A stretch of 64,000 bases of DNA from Candidatus Oxydemutatoraceae bacterium. Its GTDB lineage: Bacteria; Pseudomonadota; Gammaproteobacteria; Poriferisulfidales; Oxydemutatoraceae. Position numbers and translations under genes: made by a program. This document shows positions 53,221 through 61,528 of this stretch, piece by piece (the stretch's first letter is position 1; each line of letters starts with the position of its first letter). The notes beneath the pieces are model-generated. The model had not been told where the DNA came from and did no database searches. It worked only from the letters and a program-made list of their open reading frames with translations. The DNA is taken from assembly GCA_965219575.1 (NCBI GenBank), contig OZ244779.1, forward strand, positions 812,769-876,768, read 5' to 3'.

Positions 53221-54015
53221 ATGAACAAAGAAGTTTTTATGAGCGTTGAGAACGTAGACTTGTCTTTTAAGGGCGTTCAAGCGATCGCCGATATTAGTTT
53301 CAATGTATATAAAGGAGAGGTATGCGCACTCATAGGTCCTAACGGTGCCGGTAAAAGTTCTATGCTCAACATTATCAACGGAGTATATACACCCCAGAAA
53401 GGACGCATCGTGTTCGACAACAAAGTCTATACGCGCATGAAACCTCGTAAAATGGCAATAGACGGCATCGCGAGAACCTTTCAAAACATCGCATTGTTTC
53501 AAGGCATGACGGTACTCGACAATATCATGACCGGGCGCAACCTCAAAATGAAATCGACTTTTTGGGAGCATGCTATATTCTACGGTCGCTCGAGACGAGA
53601 AGAAATTGAACATCGCCACAGAGTAGAGGAGATTATTACTTTTTTACAAATAGAAGCGATACGCAACACGCCGGTTAAAAAACTCGCATACGGATTACAA
53701 AAGCGTGTGGAATTGGGACGCGCCTTGGCAATGGAACCCAAACTACTGTTGCTCGATGAACCTATGGCCGGCATGAATCTCGAAGAGAAGAAAGACATGT
53801 CGTGCTTTATCGGTGAAATCAATCGTGAACTAGGCACGACTATCGTTTTAATAGAACACGATATGAGCGTCGTAATGGATATATCGGATCATGTGGTAGT
53901 CATGGATTACGGCGAAAAAATCGGCGACGGCACGCCCGAGGAAGTCCGCGATAACAAAGCGGTCATCGAGGCCTATTTAGGAGTAAGCCACGACGGCCGG
54001 AACGATGTGAAATGA
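53221..54015 (+). CDS. LivG-like ABC ATP-binding protein
   Basis: GPNGAGKS, RTFQN, LAYGLQKRVEL, LLDEPMAG, IEHDM. Confidence 0.92.
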   Translation: MNKEVFMSVENVDLSFKGVQAIADISFNVYKGEVCALIGPNGAGKSSMLNIINGVYTPQKGRIVFDNKVYTRMKPRKMAIDGIARTFQNIALFQGMTVLDNIMTGRNLKMKSTFWEHAIFYGRSRREEIEHRHRVEEIITFLQIEAIRNTPVKKLAYGLQKRVELGRALAMEPKLLLLDEPMAGMNLEEKKDMSCFIGEINRELGTTIVLIEHDMSVVMDISDHVVVMDYGEKIGDGTPEEVRDNKAVIEAYLGVSHDGRNDVK

Positions 54016-54031
54016 CATAGAGGATAAAGAG

Positions 54032-55030
54032 ATGCTGTATTTTACCGAAGTAGTTATTAGCGGCTTGCTGACCGGCGTGATGTATTCTTTGGTCGCTATC
54101 GGCTTTGTCTTAATCTATAAATCTTCCGGGGTTTTCAACTTTGCACAAGGCACGATGTTGTTGTTCGCAGGTTTGACTTTCGTTAAATTGACCCAACAGG
54201 GCGTATCCTTTTGGTATGCCTTCGTGCTGACTATGGGTGCGATGATAATGATGGGCATACTGATAGAAAGATTTATTATGCGACCGTTGGCGAATCAGTC
54301 TCTGCTTTCGTTGTTTATGGCAACCGTAGGCCTGAGTATATTTTTAGAGGGTGCCTCGCAAGGTATTTGGGACTCCGCGGTTCACGGTCTCAAACTCGGC
54401 GAGTTTCTCGGTGAAGAAATAGATGCCGAACTTGCGTGCCAAAGCGGTTTTTTTGCATGCACTTATGCCAAGTTTATCAATCTATTGGCATTGCTGTTAT
54501 CGCCTAACCCCATCTTTTTGAGCGATTATATAGAAGGCTTCGATGTCCTCATCGGTGCATTCGATATCTTCGCTGCGATTGTTGCCGGCACGATGATTAT
54601 AGGTCTATCTATTTTCTTCCAAAAAACCAAAACCGGCATGTCGTTGCGAGCGGTTTCCGACGACCATCTGGCGGCGATGGCGGTGGGTGTGCCTTTGTCT
54701 CGTATCTGGGCGGTGGTTTGGGCGGTGACCGGCGTGATCGGTTTGATCGCAGGCTTGTTGTGGGCCGACCGCATCAGTGTATCGTTTACCTTGACGCAAG
54801 TCGTGTTAAAAGGTTTACCGGTGATATTGGTCGGCGGTCTAACATCTATTCCCGGCGCGATTATCGGCGGCTTTATCATCGGGGTTTCGGAGAAATTGGG
54901 CGAGGTCTATGTTGCCGATTGGTTCGGCGGGCAAGGTATAGAGAACTGGTTCGGTTATACGATTGCGATGTTGTTTATTCTGATGCGTCCGGCGGGTCTG
55001 TTCGGCGAAAAAGAAATTGAAAGAGTTTAA
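54032..55030 (+). CDS. LivH-like ABC permease
   Basis: GFVLIYKSSGVFNFAQG, TGMSLRAVSDD, RPAGLFG. Confidence 0.9.
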   Translation: MLYFTEVVISGLLTGVMYSLVAIGFVLIYKSSGVFNFAQGTMLLFAGLTFVKLTQQGVSFWYAFVLTMGAMIMMGILIERFIMRPLANQSLLSLFMATVGLSIFLEGASQGIWDSAVHGLKLGEFLGEEIDAELACQSGFFACTYAKFINLLALLLSPNPIFLSDYIEGFDVLIGAFDIFAAIVAGTMIIGLSIFFQKTKTGMSLRAVSDDHLAAMAVGVPLSRIWAVVWAVTGVIGLIAGLLWADRISVSFTLTQVVLKGLPVILVGGLTSIPGAIIGGFIIGVSEKLGEVYVADWFGGQGIENWFGYTIAMLFILMRPAGLFGEKEIERV

Positions 55031-55045
55031 TATCCGGATATCGCA

Positions 55046-56182
55046 ATGTTTTATAGGGAAACAAGTCATATAGTCTCCAATTACATGCAAGATCGTAGCA
55101 TGATACCGCTACGCCAGGATCGTTGGTTTTTGTACGCATTTTTGTTGTTCATATTGTTTGTAGTGCCTTATATCGCCGACGATTACTGGATGGGGGCTAT
55201 TCTAATTCCGTTGCTGGTTTTCTCTCTCGCGTCGCTGGGTTTGAATCTACTAACAGGGTATACCGGGCAGCTGTCTTTAGGTACGGGTGGTTTTATGCTA
55301 CTCGGCGCGGTCGCAACCTTCAACTTTCTATACCGCTTCGACGGAGAGATTATTCCTTTTAACATGCCGTTGCCTATGGCACTATTTTTTGCCGGTGTCG
55401 TAACCGGTCTCGTCGGTGTCTTATTCGGCTTACCCAGTATCAGAATCAAAGGTTTTTATCTGCTTGTGTCTACGCTGGCAGCGCACTTTTTCATATTATG
55501 GTTTTTTAATTCTTATCGCTACTTTGTTAATTACGACCATGCCGGTGTCGTGTTGTTATCATCCAGATATTACGAGATCACCTGGCTTCATTTTAATCCG
55601 AATAATTTTTATTTGCCCGAATTGACGACACTCAATCTAAACACTTATGTAGGGAAATACTATTTGGTGCTGGTTACCGTAATCATTCTTACGATTGCCG
55701 CCAAAAATATAGTCCGAAGTTCATTGGGACGCAACATGATGGCGGTCAGAGACATGGATATCGCTGCGAGTGTGATAGGTATCCGTGTCGGGGTGACCAA
55801 ACTCATTGCGTTTTTTATCAGCACCTTTTATATCGGGGTTGCGGGTGCTCTGTTTTCTTTTTCGTATACGACCGACATCAATTTGAGGACGCACGAACTG
55901 GATCGAGCATTTCAAGTATTATTCATGATTATTATCGGTGGCTTGGGGTCTATCGCAGGATCGTTTATGGGTGCCGCTTTCGTTTATTTGTTCGATATAG
56001 TCATCAGCCTCGTAGGCGATAAGATGCTGGGAGGCGCATTTAATTCGGCATTCGTAGAGAATCTAGGCAAGGTGATAACCGGGGTTGTGATCATTATATT
56101 GCTGATTAAAGAACCGGGCGGTTTCGCTGCACTGTGGGGGCGTTACAAAGAAAAACTGCGCACCTGGCCTTTCCCACATTAA
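55046..56182 (+). CDS. LivM-like ABC permease
   Basis: GLNLLTGYTGQLSLG, LGRNMMAVRD, IIGGLGS. Confidence 0.9.
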   Translation: MFYRETSHIVSNYMQDRSMIPLRQDRWFLYAFLLFILFVVPYIADDYWMGAILIPLLVFSLASLGLNLLTGYTGQLSLGTGGFMLLGAVATFNFLYRFDGEIIPFNMPLPMALFFAGVVTGLVGVLFGLPSIRIKGFYLLVSTLAAHFFILWFFNSYRYFVNYDHAGVVLLSSRYYEITWLHFNPNNFYLPELTTLNLNTYVGKYYLVLVTVIILTIAAKNIVRSSLGRNMMAVRDMDIAASVIGIRVGVTKLIAFFISTFYIGVAGALFSFSYTTDINLRTHELDRAFQVLFMIIIGGLGSIAGSFMGAAFVYLFDIVISLVGDKMLGGAFNSAFVENLGKVITGVVIIILLIKEPGGFAALWGRYKEKLRTWPFPH

Positions 56183-56185
56183 TGC

Positions 56186-56549
56186 CATTCCCCTCCTGTG
56201 GAGGTGGCACCCTTTGCCTGACGGGGTGGTTGTGTCGTAAGGCTGTTGAAAAAGTGCTGCTATCGCAAAAATCCAATCGCTGTGCGTCGTGAATATTTGC
56301 AAACCGCCGTAGGGGCGGACTTGTATGTCCGCCCTAAAGTGCCGTTCTGCACAGCTGCAACCGCTTGCGCCATTTGGTTTTGGTTCCCATAAATTGGATG
56401 AATAAATGTATAAATCGTACAGACGCAACACGTTACGGGCAGACATGTTAGTCTGCCCCTACGGTACGTAAACATAAATTTTGTGGATAAACACATTATC
56501 CATGCCAAACGATACTTTTTCAACAGCCCCTTTCGTGTCTGCACAAACC
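56186..56549. mobile_element. A palindrome plus MITE (about 56241-56529) with an inverted REP pair
   Basis: GGCTGTTGAAAAAGT ... ACTTTTTCAACAGCC, with GTAGGGGCGGAC..GTCCGCCC and GGGCAGAC..GTCTGCCCCTAC inside, followed by TCTGCACAA. Confidence 0.88.
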
Positions 56550-56626
56550 CCAAAGTTCACCCCCACACTTAACTGTATAGAAATCTCCGATTTATATGTA
56601 TAATAGGCTGGAACATAGGAGGACTT

Positions 56627-57568
56627 ATGCTTATTAAATCTAAACTTTATTCGACCCCTCGGTCGTCGGAAATTACCGCCGAGTCGGTTTATATAAATCG
56701 CCGCAGCTTTATTAAACATAGCGGTGCCGTCGCCGTTAGTTTGTCGCTAGGGACTTATGCGCATGCCGCATTAGGTCCGCTTGACGATCTTCCCGATAGT
56801 CCGTATAGCACCGACGAAGAGCTCACCAGCGAACGCTCGATTACTACCTATAATAATTTCTACGAACTCGGCTACGGTAAATCCGATCCGCATAAAAATG
56901 CAGAATCTCTGAAAACGCAGCCGTGGAGCATTATGGTCGGCGGCGAGTGCGAAAACCCGGGCACTTATATGCTCGAGGATTTTGTCAAACCGCATCAGTT
57001 GGAAGATAGAATTTATCGCCTGCGCTGTGTAGAAGCCTGGTCTATGGTGATACCGTGGATAGGCTTCGAGGTCAACCGCATCATCGAAAAAAGCAAGCCG
57101 ACTTCCAACGCCAAATATGTTGCTTTTCGTTCTATATTGGATCGTGAGAATCTGCCCGGTCAGCGTCGTAATGTATTGGATTGGCCGTATAAAGAAGGCT
57201 TGCGTATAGACGAGGCAATGCATCCGTTGACCATCTTCTCGGTAGGTCTTTACGGCAAGGTATTACCCAATCAAAACGGTGCGCCTTTGCGGTTGGTCGT
57301 GCCGTGGAAATACGGTTTCAAAAGTATTAAGTCCATCGTCGCAATGGATTTCACCGAACAACAACCGCCTACCGCATGGAACCGATCCGCACCCCAAGAA
57401 TACGGTTTTTATTCGAATGTTAATCCCGAGGTCAATCACCCTAGATGGTCGCAGCGGCGCGAACGACGTATCGGCGAGTTCGGCAAACGGGACACTTTGA
57501 AGTTCAACGGTTATGCAGAAGAAGTTGCCGGTTTATACAGCGGAATGGATTTGAATAAATACTTCTAA
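56627..57568 (+). CDS. msrP: Protein-methionine-sulfoxide reductase catalytic subunit
   Basis: Tat motif [37 protein letters not shown]. Confidence 0.97.
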   Translation: MLIKSKLYSTPRSSEITAESVYINRRSFIKHSGAVAVSLSLGTYAHAALGPLDDLPDSPYSTDEELTSERSITTYNNFYELGYGKSDPHKNAESLKTQPWSIMVGGECENPGTYMLEDFVKPHQLEDRIYRLRCVEAWSMVIPWIGFEVNRIIEKSKPTSNAKYVAFRSILDRENLPGQRRNVLDWPYKEGLRIDEAMHPLTIFSVGLYGKVLPNQNGAPLRLVVPWKYGFKSIKSIVAMDFTEQQPPTAWNRSAPQEYGFYSNVNPEVNHPRWSQRRERRIGEFGKRDTLKFNGYAEEVAGLYSGMDLNKYF

Positions 57569-57578
57569 AACAATAACA

Positions 57579-58184
57579 ATGACCTTGCCTGCGCCACCTT
57601 TATTGCCGAGCAGGATAACCATACACGGCGCGTGTTTGCTGCCCTTTTTATATCTGCTCTATGCGGGTTTCAACAACGATCTCGGTGCCAACCCCATAGA
57701 ATATATTACGAGATTCACCGGTGATTGGACCTTGCAAATGTTATTGATAGTGCTTGCGTTCAGACCTTGGGTGCATTTAACGAATATGCGTTGGCTGTTG
57801 CGTCATCGCCGTGCGGTAGGCTTGTATAGCTTTTTTTACGCATCGTGCCATTTCACGACTTATATATGGCTGGATCAATTTTTTGATTTGCAATCCATCG
57901 TTATCGATATTCTAGATCGTCCTTTTATTTTCGCCGGCTTTGCCGCCTTCGTGCTACTTGTTCCATTGGCGATAACCTCCAATAATCGGGCAGTCCGCTA
58001 TTTGCAGCATCGCTGGACTTTGTTACATCGCTTGGTTTATGTTATTGCTGCCGTCGGTTTGGTTCACTACTGGTGGTTGATACGCGCCGATTACTTAAAG
58101 GCGTGGATTTATTTGAGTATACTGACTTTATTGTTGGGTTATCGCTTTGCACTCTATCTGCGACAATCATACCAATATCGCTAA
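57579..58184 (+). CDS. msrQ: Protein-methionine-sulfoxide reductase heme subunit
   Basis: LGANPIE, RRAVGL, LAITS, W..LHRLVY, HYWW. Confidence 0.95.
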   Translation: MTLPAPPLLPSRITIHGACLLPFLYLLYAGFNNDLGANPIEYITRFTGDWTLQMLLIVLAFRPWVHLTNMRWLLRHRRAVGLYSFFYASCHFTTYIWLDQFFDLQSIVIDILDRPFIFAGFAAFVLLVPLAITSNNRAVRYLQHRWTLLHRLVYVIAAVGLVHYWWLIRADYLKAWIYLSILTLLLGYRFALYLRQSYQYR

Positions 58185-58270
58185 TGTCAGAGTCCCGACG
58201 GCTTTTATGCTATGCCTTGATATATTACTGGAACCAATATTAGGAATAAATAAGTATGTCCTGAATAACG

Positions 58271-58465
58271 TTGTATAATTTATTGAAACGTATACCCGAC
58301 TCAAACGATGGCGAGGTAGAAAAAGCCGTTGCCGAAGTCGCCGGCACGAGAGATGTAGCGACTAAAGTGGATATAGCAAATCTAGAGACCAGGCCGACAA
58401 ATCGAATGTATGCGGTTGCAGCAGTAATAATAGCGGCAGTTGCGCTGACAGCAAAATTTTTATAA
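58271..58465 (+). CDS. Small DUF1640-like coiled-coil/TM protein
   Basis: DVATKVDIANLE followed by a hydrophobic C terminus. Start uncertain (TTG). Confidence 0.5.
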   Translation: MYNLLKRIPDSNDGEVEKAVAEVAGTRDVATKVDIANLETRPTNRMYAVAAVIIAAVALTAKFL

Positions 58466-58488
58466 GGAAAGATACGATTAACTAAGTT

Positions 58489-58788
58489 ATGGAGAGCAGA
58501 ACAATGGAGCAAGATGACATCAAAACACAAGCAGACAAAATTAGAAATCTGGTAGAAGAAGGCAAATATAAAGGCTTAGAAAACTTTACCGAAGAAGAGC
58601 TGGAAAAGATATATGAGGCTATAGCCGAAGCAGGTTTATTGGACGCTATCGGCACACCAGGTGTTTGTGAATTACTTTGTGATATAGCTTACAAAGCCTG
58701 TAAAGCTAATGCCAAAACCGAGGGAGAAGTGGCATTATGCGTAGTAGAGCGTTGGGCGTGCAAACAAGTGTTATGCAAAAAATTATAG
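58489..58788 (+). CDS. Small protein with acidic N terminus and six-Cys C terminus
   Basis: GGAGAG RBS before the ATG at 58504. Cys spacing C-x3-C-x6-C-x12-C-x6-C-x4-C. Confidence 0.6.
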   Translation: MESRTMEQDDIKTQADKIRNLVEEGKYKGLENFTEEELEKIYEAIAEAGLLDAIGTPGVCELLCDIAYKACKANAKTEGEVALCVVERWACKQVLCKKL

Positions 58789-58796
58789 TCGCTAAC

Positions 58797-58876
58797 GAGA
58801 CTATCAACTATTTTGTGTAATTCGTATTCAATAGCTAATCGGTTTATCGCCGATATCCAATTCCGTATCGGCATCT
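58797..58876 (-). mobile_element. IS256-family remnant (last codons of the transposase plus terminal repeat)
   Basis: MPIRNWISAINRLAIEYE resembles the IS256 transposase C terminus. The end GAGACTATCAACTATTTTGTGTAA (58797-58820) resembles IS256 IRs. Confidence 0.7.
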
Positions 58877-58945
58877 CACAGTTAGCTTAAAGCGTTTTAG
58901 CTTTTTTCACCACTCATTCCATAAAACCGTTGATATAACCGGCAT

Positions 58946-60204
58946 GGAAATTATATAGTTAACTTGACAAAGAAATGTTAAATTATATCAATGCAAACCC
59001 ATAGAACAATTAGATATCATTTATATCCGGCGACACAGAAAAAACACCGACAATTACATGGCACGGCAGGCGCATGCCGCTATGTCCGGAATCACTTTGT
59101 AGCTAAGTTGAAGGACGAATACGAGTATTACGGCGAGAGCCGGTTTAGCTATTTCACTCTGGGTAAGCAATTTACGACCTTGCGAAAGTATTGCGACCGG
59201 TGGTTGCAAGGTTATTCCGCTTATATAGTCAAATCATCATTACAACCGATAGAGATAGCATACAAAGGATTTTTCAAGGGCGACAACGGATTGCCGAAGT
59301 TTCACGGCAAATATACGCATAGTCCGTCATTCCCGATCAATTATCAATCGGTAAAGATATCGGGTTGTCATTTGTATATACAGAGGGTCGGCTGGATGAA
59401 GTTTGCCGGTGGCGATAGGTGTCAAGGTGAGAAGTTTGTATGCGGTCAAGTCAAGTATGAATGTGGTAAATGGTATGCGTATATCACCTATGAAGTGGAA
59501 GTGCCTGACAAGCCACATCCAGTGGCAGCGGTAGGACTAGATAGGAATTGTGGTCAGGTCGCATTGTCGGACGGAACGATGTATCACCTACCCGACTTAA
59601 AGCGTAAGGAGGCAAGGCGTAGGCGGTATCAGCGAATGGTTGCTAGACGGGTGAAGGGGAGCAACAGGCGCAAACTAGCAAAGCATAGGCTACGGAAAGC
59701 GTATCAAGCGGAGCGGTTTGCGAGGGCGAATTGGTGTCATCAAACCAGCCGGTTAATAGCCGACCAGTACGACATTGTGTATATGGAAGGATTGAGTACG
59801 GCAGGCATGACGAAGTCGGCGAAGGGGACAATAGAAGCACCGGGCAAGAATGCGAGAGCAAAGTCGGGTTTGAATAGGGAGATACTAAAAAGTGGTTGGT
59901 ATAAACCGGAACAATGCTTAAGCTACAAAGCATATATAGAAAAGGTCAATCCGGCCTATACAAGTCAAATATGCAACAAGCGCGGAAGCGTAGCTAAAGC
60001 GAACCGCAAAACACAAGCGATATTTAAGTGCCGGCACTGCAGACACGAGGACAATGCAGATGTCAATGCTGCATTAAACATTCTGGCGGCTGGGAGTACC
60101 GCTACCGGGCGTGGAGATTGCAGCGTTGGCTGGTCTGTGAAGCGTCAAAAAGAGAGGATGGCAAGGCAGGCTAATAAGCCTGTCAAGTTATCTATATAAT
60201 TCCC
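58946..60204 (+). mobile_element. Non-autonomous TIR transposon (IS1595-like ends) carrying only tnpB
   Basis: Left end GGAAATTATATAGTTAACTTGACA (58946-58969) and right end TGTCAAGTTATCTATATAATTCCC (60181-60204) match at 22/24 positions as inverted repeats. Flanks are ACCGGCAT (58938-58945) and AACGGCAT (60205-60212). Confidence 0.85.
58991..60199 (+). CDS. tnpB: RNA-guided endonuclease TnpB
   Basis: N-terminal YHLYP...AGACRYV.N, GLPKF, RuvC-I VGLDRN, RuvC-II YMEGL, AKSGLNREIL, TSQIC, CRHC, RuvC-III NADVNAALNIL. Confidence 0.93.
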   Translation: MQTHRTIRYHLYPATQKKHRQLHGTAGACRYVRNHFVAKLKDEYEYYGESRFSYFTLGKQFTTLRKYCDRWLQGYSAYIVKSSLQPIEIAYKGFFKGDNGLPKFHGKYTHSPSFPINYQSVKISGCHLYIQRVGWMKFAGGDRCQGEKFVCGQVKYECGKWYAYITYEVEVPDKPHPVAAVGLDRNCGQVALSDGTMYHLPDLKRKEARRRRYQRMVARRVKGSNRRKLAKHRLRKAYQAERFARANWCHQTSRLIADQYDIVYMEGLSTAGMTKSAKGTIEAPGKNARAKSGLNREILKSGWYKPEQCLSYKAYIEKVNPAYTSQICNKRGSVAKANRKTQAIFKCRHCRHEDNADVNAALNILAAGSTATGRGDCSVGWSVKRQKERMARQANKPVKLSI

Positions 60205-60224
60205 AACGGCATTTTCATGACGCT
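60086..60224 (+). ncRNA. Putative omegaRNA (scaffold over the tnpB 3' end and right TIR, guide from the flank)
   Basis: GGGCGTGGAG...TCTGTGAAGCGTC stem and 3' hairpin GATGGC-AA-GGCAGGCT-AATA-AGCCTGTC-AA-GTTATC (60157-60192). Position as expected for TnpB omegaRNAs. Boundaries are inferred. Confidence 0.55.
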
Positions 60225-60379
60225 ACTCTATTTTAGGTTCACATCCGTAGAGAGCGCATACATACACAGCATCTTATTTAGACTGTCGTTTATAATGAAC
60301 TTTTGCAATTCGAATGGATGAAGGAAAAATGAGGCGGTATATTTCAAAGAAAGCGATGCAATCAAATGGTAAACGGGCA

Positions 60380-61198
60380 GTGAACGACATCGCTACCGTG
60401 TTGTTTTTATTATCGCTATTGGCACTAACACCTGTCGGTGCGTATGAGGCGGAAGAGACTTTTCGCGATTGTGCAACCTGTCCGGAGATGGTCGTGTTGC
60501 CGGCAGGAGAGTTCACGATGGGTTTTCCCGTAGGAGAGAGAGGAATAGGCGATAAAGAAGCACCACAACGTCAAGTTACTATTCCCGGACCTTTTGCGGT
60601 GGGCAAATATGAGGTGACCGTAGGGCAATATGAAGAGTTTGTTCGGGAGACAAACCACAACACCGAAAATTGTAATTTTCTGAGAGGCAAATCTTGGGAT
60701 GATCCGGGTTTTAATCAAACCGGTGATCATCCGATAGTATGTGTTTCTTGGTATGATGCTTCAGAATACGCTTCTTGGTTATCAACGAAGACCGGGCATA
60801 AATACAGGTTATTAACCGAGGCGGAGTGGGAATATGCGGCTCGTGCCGGAACAACGACGGCGTATCATTTCGGTAGAATGATTTCTCCTAATCAGGCCCG
60901 GTATGACAGCGACGGATCGCTGGCAGTAGGTAGTTTTCCTGCAAATGCATTCGGGTTACACGATATGCACGGCAACGCATCGGAATGGGTGGAGGATTGC
61001 TGGCACATCAAGCACAAAGATGCACCAACCGACGGTAGTGCGTGGCTTAACAGATGTGAAGGAAAAAGAATGGTACGCGGCGGTGGATGGGACACTATAA
61101 ACCCGGACCTAGTGAGATCCGCATATCGCTATAGGGAAAGTGAGAATTATCGCAGATTCAGCCTTGGGTTTCGAGTTGCCCGCGACCTTACTCCATAA
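60380..61198 (+). CDS. Secreted FGE-sulfatase (SUMF1, C-type lectin fold) domain protein
   Basis: FRDCATCPEMV.LPAGEFTMG, YEVT, RLLTEAEWEYAARAG, NAFGLHDMHGN..EW, RGG.W, GFRVAR. A signal peptide follows the GTG at 60380 (ORF track starts at 60314). Confidence 0.9.
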   Translation: MNDIATVLFLLSLLALTPVGAYEAEETFRDCATCPEMVVLPAGEFTMGFPVGERGIGDKEAPQRQVTIPGPFAVGKYEVTVGQYEEFVRETNHNTENCNFLRGKSWDDPGFNQTGDHPIVCVSWYDASEYASWLSTKTGHKYRLLTEAEWEYAARAGTTTAYHFGRMISPNQARYDSDGSLAVGSFPANAFGLHDMHGNASEWVEDCWHIKHKDAPTDGSAWLNRCEGKRMVRGGGWDTINPDLVRSAYRYRESENYRRFSLGFRVARDLTP

Positions 61199-61218
61199 AC
61201 CTTTAATGCTTTGTGCTT

Positions 61219-61404
61219 GCACGATTTATATATTCATCCATTTGATTCATGGAAACCATTATTTGTTGACGCATGACGGTTAGGGTTATGCAGACACGGC
61301 GCGCAGTTCGGGCAGAACAGGGCCGCCGATTGAGCCAGTAGGCCAATCGGCAATTTAATTTTAGTCCGCCCCTACGGTGCATGAAATACTTTTTCAACAG
61401 CCCC
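61219..61404. repeat. Partial MITE/REP copy
   Basis: GCACGATTTATATATTCATCC...ATGGAAACC spacer, expanded REP and TACTTTTTCAACAGCCCC end. Confidence 0.85.
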
Positions 61405-61528
61405 GATATTTTTCAAAAGCCCTACTTGAATTTTGGGTTTATGCACGGTTATCGCCTATAATAAGAACCTTATCCATTAAAGCAGGTGTGCTTTTATCAA
61501 TTATTCATAAACAGTATAGGAATGACCG

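Noticed and set aside
58964-58991. Sigma70 promoter from TTGACA in the left TIR
   Set aside because: The -35 is perfect, but no good -10 lies at 16-18 bp spacing upstream of the ATG, so it was not called as a feature.
58946-60204. Standard IS605/IS1341 or IS607 annotation for the tnpB element
   Set aside because: No tnpA is present, and the ends are inverted repeats with a flanking 8-bp duplication, which those families do not produce.
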